Notes: generated from the letters alone by a model not told the origin. Shown: positions 8,714 to 18,899, counted from the first letter of the stretch. The stretch is DNA of 36,492 nucleotides from an uncultured archaeon (GCA_964508365.1 CAZDTP010000041.1:1-36492); one strand, 5' to 3'. A program made the numbers and translations.

Positions 8714-10610
8714 ACCAGAATTTGCTGAGGAGAATCCAGGAAAAAAAATAATAATGTTGGGGAATGAGGCAATTGCCAGAGGAATTCTAGAAGCGGGAGT
8801 TGTAATTGGTGCGGGTTACCCAGGCACACCTTCTTCAGAAATATTACTGACTTTAGCAGAAATGCAAAAATTTTATCCCTATCTCAAATTAGAATGGAGT
8901 GTAAATGAAAAAGTAGGCTTTGAGGTAGCGTACGGTGGTTCGATGTCGAACGTACGTTCAGTTGCAGTTATGAAGCATGTTGGGGTCAATGTTGCGTCAG
9001 ATGCTTTCATGACAGCATGTTATGCAGGTGCGAGAGGTGGAATGGTTTTGATCTCGGCAGACGATCCTAATTGTTACTCCTCTCAAAATGAACAAGATAA
9101 CAGATACTTTGGATTACATGCTCTTGTGCCTGTGTTTGAACCTTCAACTCCACAGGAAGCAAAAGACATGATAAAGTATGCATTTGATTTTTCAGAAGAA
9201 TATCAATCCTTAGTGTTGTTCCGCACTACAACTAGGTTAAATCACGGGAGAGCAGATGTAATACTTGGAGAAGTGAAGGTAATAGACCGTGATTATGGGT
9301 TTGATTGGGACCGCTCCAGATGGGTTTGTTTACCTTCTCACTCCCGAATATTGCGTCTGAGGCTGTTGGAAAGATTAGAAGAAATTTCCAACGATGCCGA
9401 TGAGTTTCCGTTTAATTCACTAAAATTATCGGGAGAAAAGATTAACGGTATAAGATATGGATTTGTTGCAGCGGGAGTTCCATATTCTCAATTGTTAGAT
9501 GCCCTTAATTACTACGGTATTATTGATAAAGTTACAATTTTAAAGCTTGGATTAGTTTATCCTCCACCTAAAGAGTTAATAAAGAAATTATTTGCTTCCT
9601 CCGATGAAATCATAGTAGTTGAAGAACTCGAACCTTTCCTTGAAAATATCATGAAACAAATTGCGTTTGAAGAAGGTTACTCAAAAGAGTTAACTATTCA
9701 TGGTAAAGATATTTTTCCTCAAAATGGAGAATTTTCTGGAGAAATCTATCTAGAAAATATTGCTCGGTTGATTGGGTTATCTTATAAGAAAGTTCCTGTT
9801 CCTGAAAACATGTTAATCATCCCTCCAAGGCTTCCCATTTTATGTCCGGGTTGCGGGCATCGATCAACATTCTATGCGATTAAACAAGTAGAAAATAGGA
9901 TGAAGACTAAATTTGTGAACTCATCTGACATTGGTTGTTATACTCTCGCAGTGTACAAACCGTTAGAGGGAATAGACACAGAAGTGTGTATGGGAGGCTC
10001 AATTGGCTTAGCAAACGGAATTGCAAAAGTTCAAAGTTCAGATAATCCAGTTCTGGCAATTTTAGGTGATTCTACATTTTTCCATTCAGGGATTCCGGCT
10101 TTGATCAATGCAGTATTTAACAAAAATAATATACTAGTCGTTATTTTGGATAATAGATCAACCAGTATGACGGGTTTTCAAGATAACCCAGGTACAGGCA
10201 TTACCATCACTAATGAACCAGGTACGCGGGTTGTCCTAGAGGAGCTTGTGAAAGGGTGTGGCGTCTCTCCCGAAAAGATATGGGTTGTAGATGCTTATAA
10301 ATTGAATGAGACAATTGAAAAGTTTGAAGAAGCAGTCAAGGCAGAGGGAGTTCGAGTTTTCATTTCTCGACATTTATGTTCCTTAGTAGAGTCTAAACAA
10401 TTTCGAGCTCAACAAAAAATACCTCCCTCCATAATGGTAGATCAAGAAAAATGCATTGGGTGTATGATATGTGTTAATAATTTTGGGTGTCAAGCGTTAA
10501 ATTTTAATAAGGCTGAAAAAAAAGTTTCAATTGAGAGTTCTGTTTGTAGGGGGTGCAAGGTTTGTATAGACGTTTGTCCTCAAGATGCGATATATGAGGA
10601 GATGGAATAA
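8706..10610 (+). CDS. iorA: Indolepyruvate:ferredoxin oxidoreductase alpha subunit
   Basis: LGNEAIARG, GYPGTPSSE, WSVNEKV, MKHVGVNVASD, LCPGCGHR, DIGCY, GDSTFFHSG (TPP motif) and a C-terminal 2x[4Fe-4S] ferredoxin. Confidence 0.95.
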   Translation: MIRPEFAEENPGKKIIMLGNEAIARGILEAGVVIGAGYPGTPSSEILLTLAEMQKFYPYLKLEWSVNEKVGFEVAYGGSMSNVRSVAVMKHVGVNVASDAFMTACYAGARGGMVLISADDPNCYSSQNEQDNRYFGLHALVPVFEPSTPQEAKDMIKYAFDFSEEYQSLVLFRTTTRLNHGRADVILGEVKVIDRDYGFDWDRSRWVCLPSHSRILRLRLLERLEEISNDADEFPFNSLKLSGEKINGIRYGFVAAGVPYSQLLDALNYYGIIDKVTILKLGLVYPPPKELIKKLFASSDEIIVVEELEPFLENIMKQIAFEEGYSKELTIHGKDIFPQNGEFSGEIYLENIARLIGLSYKKVPVPENMLIIPPRLPILCPGCGHRSTFYAIKQVENRMKTKFVNSSDIGCYTLAVYKPLEGIDTEVCMGGSIGLANGIAKVQSSDNPVLAILGDSTFFHSGIPALINAVFNKNNILVVILDNRSTSMTGFQDNPGTGITITNEPGTRVVLEELVKGCGVSPEKIWVVDAYKLNETIEKFEEAVKAEGVRVFISRHLCSLVESKQFRAQQKIPPSIMVDQEKCIGCMICVNNFGCQALNFNKAEKKVSIESSVCRGCKVCIDVCPQDAIYEEME

Positions 10611-10614
10611 AAAC

Positions 10615-11982
10615 ATGATTTCTCTTTTTTTTTTCCCCAAAACTATTGCAGTCATCGGAGCGACTGCTAATTCAAAGAAGTTTGGAAATGCTGTTACCAT
10701 AAATATCCTTCGCAACAAAGACCTTGCTAGTGAATTATATCTTGTAACTCAAAATAATAAGGAAATTCTTGGAATTAAATGTTATAAAAGCATATTAGAT
10801 ATTCCTAAAGAGATCGATCTTGCGATAATTTTAGTTCCTGCTAAAGCAGTAGACGTTGTAATTGATGAGTGTATTGAAAAACGTGTAAAATGTATAATAA
10901 TAATAACTGCAGGGTTTGGAGAAATTAATCAAGAAGGGAAAAGAGCTGAAGAATTAATTGCACAAAAGTGCAAAAAAGCGGGAATTCGAGTTATGGGCCC
11001 AAATTGCGTTGGAATACAAAATCTTGATATAGGACTCAACGCTTCTTTTATACAAGCAGCACCATATGGAAATATTAGCATGATTAGTCAATCAGGTTCA
11101 TTTAGCTGTGCCAGTTTTTACGCTATGGATCGAGAAAATATTGGTTGCTCTAAATTTGCGAATATTGGAAATAACATTGACGTTTCATTTGATGAAATTC
11201 TTGAGTTTTATAAAGAGGATGTGAACACAAAAATTATATGTATCTACATGGAAACCGTTGAGGGAGGAAGGAGACTATTAAATACACTGAAAACAATTGT
11301 TCCTATCAAACCAGTTATTGTTTTAAAGGGAGGGAGAACTTCTTCTGGAATGAAAGCTGCAAGTAGTCACACAGGTTCAATAGCCACAAACTATAAAATG
11401 TTGAAAACTTCTATACAACAAGCAGGAGCAACATTGTGTGAAAATGCCACTGATTTTATTACCGCATTAAAAGCGTTTTCATTTTTACCCAATGTTAAGG
11501 GTGAAAGAATAGGAGTTTTGACGAATAGTGGTGGAAGCTCGGTTTTGTTCAGTGATAAGGTAGAAGAGTTTAATTTGACATTGGCTAAGTTTTCCGCTGC
11601 TCTCATAGAAAAAATTCAACCCTTTTTGATTTCGCTTGTTAAAATTCAGAATCCTCTTGACATGATAGGAGTAGCTGCTGAGAAACAGTATTACGAGATA
11701 ACCAAAGCCATGTTGGAAGATGCAGGTATTGATATAGTTGTCCCATGTTTGGTTATTCCCCCATTCTTAGAAATGAAATCTGATGAACACTTTAGGGGAA
11801 TGATTAGAGCTTGGAATGAAACGGGAAGGTTAAAACCATTGGTGCCTTTAGTTTTTTTTGGAGAAAACTTTAAAGATCTAAAGGAAATTGCCAAAAAAGA
11901 GGAAGCACCCGTGTTTTATACTCCAACGGAGGCTGCTTATGCGATAAAAGTGTTATTAGATCGCAAGAAGTTAATAATATAG
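10615..11982 (+). CDS. acdA: ADP-forming acyl-CoA synthetase (acetate-CoA ligase) alpha subunit
   Basis: FFPKTIAVIGA, RVMGPNCVG, SQSG, AASSHTGSIA (phospho-His), LTNSGG, NPLDM. Start placed at ATG 10615, 4 nt after the iorA stop, rather than 10585. Confidence 0.88.
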   Translation: MISLFFFPKTIAVIGATANSKKFGNAVTINILRNKDLASELYLVTQNNKEILGIKCYKSILDIPKEIDLAIILVPAKAVDVVIDECIEKRVKCIIIITAGFGEINQEGKRAEELIAQKCKKAGIRVMGPNCVGIQNLDIGLNASFIQAAPYGNISMISQSGSFSCASFYAMDRENIGCSKFANIGNNIDVSFDEILEFYKEDVNTKIICIYMETVEGGRRLLNTLKTIVPIKPVIVLKGGRTSSGMKAASSHTGSIATNYKMLKTSIQQAGATLCENATDFITALKAFSFLPNVKGERIGVLTNSGGSSVLFSDKVEEFNLTLAKFSAALIEKIQPFLISLVKIQNPLDMIGVAAEKQYYEITKAMLEDAGIDIVVPCLVIPPFLEMKSDEHFRGMIRAWNETGRLKPLVPLVFFGENFKDLKEIAKKEEAPVFYTPTEAAYAIKVLLDRKKLII

Positions 11983-12020
11983 GATTTAAATTTAAAAAAG
12001 GGTAATTTAAGCATTAAAAG

Positions 12021-12443
12021 TTATTTTAAATCTTCCAACACTTCAAAACCATGCTCTTTTAAAACATTTATCCCTTTTTCGTTATCATCTAGTCTAAGAA
12101 CGGTCATTGTACTTATTTCTGACGACTTTTCTGCAAAAGTATACATATATTCGATATTTACATCGTGATTTCCAAGAATTTTAGCAATATTATACAATTG
12201 AGTGATATTATCTGATAACTTTACAGCGATAACTTCCGTTACTGAATGTAAATAATCTTTATCTTCTAATAATTCAATACATTTCTTATAGGGGTTAACT
12301 AATAGTAATAATAATCCATAATCTTCTGTTTCAGCAACAGTTAATGATCTTATGAATATTTTATTACTCATTAGAAATTCAAAGAAATTCGCTAGTTGCC
12401 CGGGTTTATTTGGGAGAAACACAGATATTTGTTTTAACAGCAT
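12021..12443 (-). CDS. Tandem ACT-domain protein (amino-acid-binding; the family usually found beside iorAB/paaK)
   Basis: KQISVFLPNKPGQL...IRSLTVAETEDYGLLLLLV and a second ACT repeat NIEYMYTF. Confidence 0.85.
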   Translation of the reverse strand: MLLKQISVFLPNKPGQLANFFEFLMSNKIFIRSLTVAETEDYGLLLLLVNPYKKCIELLEDKDYLHSVTEVIAVKLSDNITQLYNIAKILGNHDVNIEYMYTFAEKSSEISTMTVLRLDDNEKGINVLKEHGFEVLEDLK

Positions 12444-12576
12444 TTTTTGTTCGCGTGGATTGTATTTTGTTTAGTATTTCTATCTTACAATGATATTTTT
12501 ACTTAAATTATTTGAAATTTAGATTGTTTAAAAATGATTCTGAATGAAATTATAAAAAAGAGGAACATATTGCTAA

Positions 12577-12972
12577 TTATTTATCTGCATAGTCTTTTTT
12601 CATTTCTTCAAATAACTTCTTATATTCTTCGATATACTTTTCATCATTAGTTTCTTCAATCTTCTTGAGGAGTTCGACAGATTTATTTAATGTGGTAGAA
12701 GTTTTCTTAATCTTATCGAAATATATTTGTTTAATTTGTTGAGATTTAGCATCTCTCAAAGAATTTTTGTATCCCTTAATAGAACTTTCAATTTCTTTTT
12801 GAGATTCCTTAACAGAATCTGCAAGTTGCTTTTTTCGCTGTTCTAACCTAATACAGTTATCACATACCAAATTATCGGATTTTTTTTGTCCCTTTTTTAT
12901 CATAAAAGCATTTCCACACCGAGAACATACAACGAGGGCAACAATCAGCTTATCTTCGTTAGAGTCGGGCAT
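12577..12972 (-). CDS. Hypothetical protein: CxxC...CxxC zinc ribbon plus coiled coil
   Basis: CSRC and CDNC followed by a K/E-rich heptad-like helix. Confidence 0.72.
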   Translation of the reverse strand: MPDSNEDKLIVALVVCSRCGNAFMIKKGQKKSDNLVCDNCIRLEQRKKQLADSVKESQKEIESSIKGYKNSLRDAKSQQIKQIYFDKIKKTSTTLNKSVELLKKIEETNDEKYIEEYKKLFEEMKKDYADK

Positions 12973-13122
12973 AAATGATAACTATTTTATTTTAAAATAA
13001 TATATTTACTAATCTAATAACTTTTTTATAATTTAATAATTGATTTTTCTTTTAATTTTGTGATAAAGATTCTCTTTCTTATTATTAAAAATATTTATGA
13101 TGAATGTGTAATTTACTTGCCT

Positions 13123-13926
13123 ATGGAATTGTCTTTCTTACTAATTTCTTTGTTACTTATACTGGGATTATTATTTGGTGCTATTTCTGCTATTGCGGGT
13201 ATCGGAGGAGGAGTATTCTTTGTATCAATAATGACTCTTCTTTTTTTTATCCCTATTAACATCGCGATCGATACGAGTACTTTTATAATTCTTTTTTCTT
13301 CTTTAGCAGGCTTTATAACCTATTTACGACAAAAGAGAACAACTTTTAAACTTTCTTTAATTTTTAGTAGTTTCTCCATACTGGGCAGTATATTAGCCTC
13401 TGTTATCTTTTCTATTATAGTTATCGATAATTCCATCTTAAAACTATTATTTGCAGCAACAATACTTATTGCTGGATTAAACATGATATACAAGGCTAGA
13501 AAATCAAAGAATCAAAATAATATACAGGAAATTAACCATGCCGAGTTTTCCTTGAATAATCAAGATGATAAATTAAATTTTAAGAAATCCATACCGCTAT
13601 TCATCTTAGCGGGATTTATAGCAAATTTATTAGGTATTGGTGGCGGAATCATAAACACGCCTTCGCTCAATATAGTTCTAGGTTTTCCTATTCATAATTC
13701 TACAGCTATCTCGACATCTATAATATTTTTTACTGCAATTTATAATACCGTGATAAAAAGCTTCTTTGGTCAGATTGATTACTTAATTGGGTTAATTATT
13801 GCTATCGGCTCTATACTTGGTTCAATCCTAGGAGCCAAAATTTCCAAAAAAATACCTAAAGTTTTACTACAATACTTCGTGGCTGTTGTGCTGATAGCTT
13901 TAGCTTTAAGAATGTTCTTTTCTTAG
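13123..13926 (+). CDS. Sulfite exporter TauE/SafE family membrane protein
   Basis: GIGGG repeated in both halves, AIDTS/AISTS and about 8 TM helices. ATG at 13123 preferred over the upstream GTG. Confidence 0.88.
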   Translation: MELSFLLISLLLILGLLFGAISAIAGIGGGVFFVSIMTLLFFIPINIAIDTSTFIILFSSLAGFITYLRQKRTTFKLSLIFSSFSILGSILASVIFSIIVIDNSILKLLFAATILIAGLNMIYKARKSKNQNNIQEINHAEFSLNNQDDKLNFKKSIPLFILAGFIANLLGIGGGIINTPSLNIVLGFPIHNSTAISTSIIFFTAIYNTVIKSFFGQIDYLIGLIIAIGSILGSILGAKISKKIPKVLLQYFVAVVLIALALRMFFS

Positions 13927-14014
13927 AATTTAATAATTTTTTAGTGTTTTACAAAATTGATATAATATTGAGAAATTTATTTATTAATTAAAGAAGAAAA
14001 ATAATTGGAGATTT

Positions 14015-14809
14015 ATGATGGAAAGTACAGTTTTGTTAGATATAAAAGATAATATCGCAATCGTAACTCTAAGTAATCCTGAGAATTTTAACCCTTTAAA
14101 TAAATCGACAGGAGAAAAGTTATTAGAAACTATTGAATCTTTAAAGGATAATAAGGATGTCAGATGTTTGATAATAACGGGATCTGGAGAAGCTTTTTCT
14201 GCGGGAGGTGATATAAAACAGTTTAAATCTAGCATTGAAAACGGAACCTCAGGTCAAGTTATGGACGATTTAACGAAGGATCTTTATAAAATCGCGCTAA
14301 TATTACGCGTTTATCCTAAACCGGTGATAGCGGCTGTAAATGGATGGGCAGTAGGGGCAGGAATGAACCTCGCTCTTTCCTGTGATTTGATAATTGCTTC
14401 AAAAAAAGCGAGATTTAGACAATCGTTTAGTAAGCTTGCGTTAATTCCTGGGTTTGCTGGAACTATTTTGCTTAGTCGTCAACTCACCTGGCAGCAAGCC
14501 TGTCAAATGGCGTTTTTTGGAGATACATATACAGCAGAAGAGATGAAAAAGCTTGGTTTTGTTAATGAAATCGTGTCTCCTGAAAAATTGGAGGAAGTTT
14601 CTATAGATTGGGCTCAAAAAATTGCTAGAGGTCCGACATTAACATATGCAAGAACCAAGAAACTATTCTTTGACGCTCTTAGTACTCCGTTAGAAGAACA
14701 TTTAGAGAATGAGCGACAAATGCAAATTAAATCGGCAGAATCCGAAGATTATAAAGTAGGGGTATTTGCTCTAAACGAAAAAAAGGAACCGAAATTTGTT
14801 GGGAATTAG
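14015..14809 (+). CDS. Crotonase-family protein (PaaG-like sequence, lacking canonical catalytic acids)
   Basis: AFSAGGD oxyanion segment, PVIAAVNGWAVGAGMNLALSCD, EKKEPKFVG C-terminus. Confidence 0.9.
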   Translation: MMESTVLLDIKDNIAIVTLSNPENFNPLNKSTGEKLLETIESLKDNKDVRCLIITGSGEAFSAGGDIKQFKSSIENGTSGQVMDDLTKDLYKIALILRVYPKPVIAAVNGWAVGAGMNLALSCDLIIASKKARFRQSFSKLALIPGFAGTILLSRQLTWQQACQMAFFGDTYTAEEMKKLGFVNEIVSPEKLEEVSIDWAQKIARGPTLTYARTKKLFFDALSTPLEEHLENERQMQIKSAESEDYKVGVFALNEKKEPKFVGN

Positions 14810-14878
14810 TAAAATCCTAAATTTTTTTACTTTATTAATTATTAATTCATTATAATATATCTTAATGTGATACTTTCT

Positions 14879-15694
14879 ATGAGTAATGGATTAAAATTAT
14901 TGCGAATTGAATATATCTTTAGCGTTTTAGTACCTTGTTTACTAAGCATTTATTTAAATAATTACGAGGTCATTACTCACATTTGGATATTGGCGGGATT
15001 TGCCTTTTATGCTATTACTGGGAATACTCTGAACGATGTTATAGATATGAAGGATCCAGACGAAAAAGAAACGCTCAAAAGAGTCCAAGGTTATAGTCGC
15101 AAAGAAATTTTAACAATTTCGTTAGCAACTTTCTTAATAGGGACCCTTTGTTTTATGAATAGTATTATAATATATCCAATTTTAGGCATTTATTTAGTAA
15201 TTATAGTTATTATGGTAATTTTTTATTGTCTGTTCAAATCACTCGTTATTGTTAACCATATTATATTAGGTATTTCACACATCTTTTTACCATGGTGGAT
15301 GATTAAAATTAATGCTGGTGATGTAATCTTAGGTATCTTCCCCGATCTATCTGTTTTTGAGTTATTAATACTACTTTCAGTGGCATCCGTAGGTTATACG
15401 GGTCAAATGCTACATGAGTTAATTGATGGAGATTCCTTATCAAAATTATCTCCAAAGGTTTCTCAATTGGTAATTTGGATCGCTTCCGTAGTATCGTTAA
15501 CAATAGCGATAATCTCGCTGATCATTACGCAATTCATTATATTTCTACCCATAGTTTTCTTTCCTTTTGGAATCATGTATATATTCAGGAAACCACGTAA
15601 AGATTTATTAGGCCGAACCTCGCTAAAGGATGTAGGAATTATACTAGGAAATCTGATACTTGTCTATATAGTCGTCTTAATTATAGCACCATAG
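14879..15694 (+). CDS. UbiA prenyltransferase-like membrane protein
   Basis: About 8 TM helices, Asp-rich NDVIDMKDPD and a degenerate second motif HELIDGD. Confidence 0.62.
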   Translation: MSNGLKLLRIEYIFSVLVPCLLSIYLNNYEVITHIWILAGFAFYAITGNTLNDVIDMKDPDEKETLKRVQGYSRKEILTISLATFLIGTLCFMNSIIIYPILGIYLVIIVIMVIFYCLFKSLVIVNHIILGISHIFLPWWMIKINAGDVILGIFPDLSVFELLILLSVASVGYTGQMLHELIDGDSLSKLSPKVSQLVIWIASVVSLTIAIISLIITQFIIFLPIVFFPFGIMYIFRKPRKDLLGRTSLKDVGIILGNLILVYIVVLIIAP

Positions 15695-15842
15695 TATTAA
15701 TCTAAGCTGTAAAAGTAACATTGATTTGTTAAAGGCTTAAACCAAGTTTAAATAGATGAATTTCCAATATTATCTTAATCAAATTTTTTTAACTAAAACA
15801 TTTGATATACTTTATATAAAAAAGTAATCGAAAAAAGAAAGG

Positions 15843-18800
15843 GTGAAAATAATAAAAATTAAAAAAAAAATAACACCATTAATAGTAATTAGTTTATTCA
15901 TATTGCTTAGCGCATTTAATATAAGTTCTGGTATTGCGATTCATATGCAAGGAGACGGAGCAACATTTAACCTTGATAAAGCGGATCCGGTAGGATACGG
16001 AGTTTATATTCCAGCACCAAATATGTATACTACTATGTCGATAAGTGGGTCAAATCAAGGAGAATTTGTTGCAATGGATTGGCTTGGAGGAACATTACAC
16101 ACAGAAACCGTAAATCATCCAGGAAATGATGTGAGCAATGTATATCCGTGGTACTTTGAAAATTATTTAATTGATAGTACGACTAATAATAACTATATTA
16201 ACCCTTGGTCAGTTGAATGGCTGAATGTAAGTGCAAATAATGCAGAAAGTGATACTTTATCACCTTTTACTTTGAATAGTGTGTATAACTACTATGTTAT
16301 GGCTGAAGGAGGCGAATTAATTGCGCCTATAAATAATTCAGTACCGATGCAAATTGATTTACTTATTGATAGTGGAGGACCTAAAATTTTAAAATTTGAT
16401 TGGCTAACTGATAATCCCGCGGGAGTAGCGTTTAATTATCAATTAGTATCCCCTTCAGGAAAGATAGTGATGACAGATTATCAAATTGCTCAGAATGCAT
16501 TCTTTGGAGCAGTAAATATATTTAATTATATTGCCTTTGTTGCAAATAATGTTGGTACATATCGATTGTTGGTATATGCGACATATACCGTGCCTGGTTA
16601 TTTAAATCTGAAATTTTTACCTACCCATGTGTCTACCTTACCTTTAAACCAAGTAACTTTTGGAGGAGTTGGTGATGAGAATCCTAGTTCACAAGAGATG
16701 TGGGATCTAGAGTGGCAATCTAACTGGTTTAAAATTACGGGACAAAAAGGAGATTTATTTAGATTAGATCTAGGAGTAGATTATGTTGGTGCATTTCCTG
16801 TGATGCATGTGTGGTTACCTTGTGAAAATCGTTATATTATAGATCCTAGTATTGCACCGGGAGTTTACGAACTTTACTTACCTAGCAGTGGTGACGCATA
16901 TGTTTCTTTCAATGACGCCCAATATGGTATGTGGTATAGATTTTCGTTAGTTTTGAGTGAAATTGAAGTTGTGGATTACGATATAGGCGATCCCTTAACC
17001 AATGTGGGAATTTCTATGCACGATAGGAAAGCAATAGAATTTACATTAGCTGAGGATTCGTTTATAAGATTCAATTATACTGAATGGGGCGACGGAAATG
17101 CCCTAGTATCTTCAATGGGAATAAATAACGGTTTTATTTTTCAAGACGCAAAAAAACTTAATTGTTTTGAGGTTATAACTCCTCTTGAAACTAAAACAGC
17201 GGGTAATATGATTTTCTATTACTACTATTTCCCTGCGGGGGTGTACAAAGGTTTAATAAAAAATGGTGCTCCTCTTGAATACAGTGTCTTACAAGTTAGT
17301 TCTAAATATGTAGATTACGCAAACGCAACAATTCCAATAACCAGTTTATCATATCCTTTAACTGATCCAACATCATCTGTAACTGCTCAATTTGAACCTG
17401 ACGTATTTTATTCAAGTCTCAAACAGGGTCAATGGTTAGATATTAATGTCGCAGAAACGGGTCAATATAGGTTAAATTGGTCAATATATGCTACTGATAA
17501 TTTAGCACAAATTCCTACTGCAGTTAACCCATCGGTTGTTCTGTTGTATAATGATACTTCAGGAGAATATATTGACTATACAACAAAATCAGTAACTTAT
17601 CTTCAGTCTTTCGATTCTCTTGAAAATCCTGGTGATTTTCTATATATAGCATTCCCTTCTAAATGGCATGATATAGAATTTAATCTTACAACCGGAGGTT
17701 CTGGGGGAGCTATTAATTTACAAATCCTTAGATCTGGTTTTCCTTGGGGCAATAAAGGTCATGCTGACAATACGGGGGAATTAAATAATAATGGCTCATT
17801 AGTAATGACATTATCCTCATGGTGGGAAGATTGGATTAAGGGTGTTGATAGTGAATTTGACATTGAAGGTATTGATGAAGATGATTATTATTGGGTAAGA
17901 CTTGAATGTTCGGATGATTATCAGATTACAATACCAGAAATCGATCTTATTAGTCTTTCGAATGTAACCATTCGCGGAGATGTAAACTTTGCTCTGGTAA
18001 GGGATAGTGGATATGAATATTGTGATTTCTGGACGCTAACTGCTCCATCTAGTGAAACGGGTATTATTATAAACCAAGAATCAGCCTATGATTCAGAATC
18101 TTATGAAGAATGGCTTTTTGGTGCTACAAGTGATCCCTACATTATAGGATTAGAAGAAGGCAACTATAAGTTATTGGTAATTCCTGAGCAATGGTCACAT
18201 CCAGGATCGTTAGGTATTAGATTTTCTATTGAGGACTATTGGGGATATCATGTTGAGCAATCCTACACAATCGATCAGAATCCTGTTGCCCATTCATGGC
18301 AAATTGGAAATATGGTAAATGTAGGGGATTCAATTTTATATAACTACTCGACTTATCCTTATGATTTCAGTATTACTTATAACGACACTGAAGTAAGCTG
18401 GGCAGTGGGAGGAAACGAAGCATATGTTGCAATTCAATGCTCTGGAAAACCATATAGTTGGACACAATTAACTGTTGGGAGTGTAAATGTCTCTGACTAT
18501 AACCTTTATATATTGCAGGATCTTCCATGGCTTAGTAATAGTGGTCCATACCAAGAAAAAATGTTGATAGATAATAACATTGGTGATAATAATACTATTG
18601 AATTTGGAGTAATAAGAGACAACTTTACTTTACTATTTGAAATTAATGGCAATGTAAGTCCAAACGAAATGGTTACATTAAATATTGGGATAAGACAATA
18701 TAACACAACAGCATTATATGCCAGTGAAATCACCGCAACATACACTCCTCCTGGACCAGATCTAGGTCCACTTATTTTAACTTTATTGATTACAATACCC

Positions 18801-18875
18801 GCAGGTGTAGGAGCCGTCGTTGTTGTTTATGTCTTGAAGAAGAAGGGAAAAATTTTAACAAAACATCCAACTTAA
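15843..18875 (+). CDS. Large secreted, C-terminally anchored surface (glyco)protein of unknown function
   Basis: Basic plus hydrophobic N-terminal signal, acidic and aromatic beta-rich body, about 16 N-x-S/T sequons (manual count), then a C-terminal TM helix followed by KKKGK. Confidence 0.8.
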   Translation: MKIIKIKKKITPLIVISLFILLSAFNISSGIAIHMQGDGATFNLDKADPVGYGVYIPAPNMYTTMSISGSNQGEFVAMDWLGGTLHTETVNHPGNDVSNVYPWYFENYLIDSTTNNNYINPWSVEWLNVSANNAESDTLSPFTLNSVYNYYVMAEGGELIAPINNSVPMQIDLLIDSGGPKILKFDWLTDNPAGVAFNYQLVSPSGKIVMTDYQIAQNAFFGAVNIFNYIAFVANNVGTYRLLVYATYTVPGYLNLKFLPTHVSTLPLNQVTFGGVGDENPSSQEMWDLEWQSNWFKITGQKGDLFRLDLGVDYVGAFPVMHVWLPCENRYIIDPSIAPGVYELYLPSSGDAYVSFNDAQYGMWYRFSLVLSEIEVVDYDIGDPLTNVGISMHDRKAIEFTLAEDSFIRFNYTEWGDGNALVSSMGINNGFIFQDAKKLNCFEVITPLETKTAGNMIFYYYYFPAGVYKGLIKNGAPLEYSVLQVSSKYVDYANATIPITSLSYPLTDPTSSVTAQFEPDVFYSSLKQGQWLDINVAETGQYRLNWSIYATDNLAQIPTAVNPSVVLLYNDTSGEYIDYTTKSVTYLQSFDSLENPGDFLYIAFPSKWHDIEFNLTTGGSGGAINLQILRSGFPWGNKGHADNTGELNNNGSLVMTLSSWWEDWIKGVDSEFDIEGIDEDDYYWVRLECSDDYQITIPEIDLISLSNVTIRGDVNFALVRDSGYEYCDFWTLTAPSSETGIIINQESAYDSESYEEWLFGATSDPYIIGLEEGNYKLLVIPEQWSHPGSLGIRFSIEDYWGYHVEQSYTIDQNPVAHSWQIGNMVNVGDSILYNYSTYPYDFSITYNDTEVSWAVGGNEAYVAIQCSGKPYSWTQLTVGSVNVSDYNLYILQDLPWLSNSGPYQEKMLIDNNIGDNNTIEFGVIRDNFTLLFEINGNVSPNEMVTLNIGIRQYNTTALYASEITATYTPPGPDLGPLILTLLITIPAGVGAVVVVYVLKKKGKILTKHPT

Positions 18876-18888
18876 ATTAATTAAGTAA

Positions 18889-18899
18889 TTTTTTTTTTT
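18889..18899 (+). terminator. Oligo-T archaeal intrinsic terminator
   Basis: T11 run 13 nt after the surface-protein stop codon. Confidence 0.5.

Noticed and set aside
18740-18875. Archaeosortase-type PGF/Loki-CTERM sorting signal on the surface protein
   Set aside because: The sequence reads PPGPDLG rather than PG[F/Y], so it is treated as a plain TM anchor.
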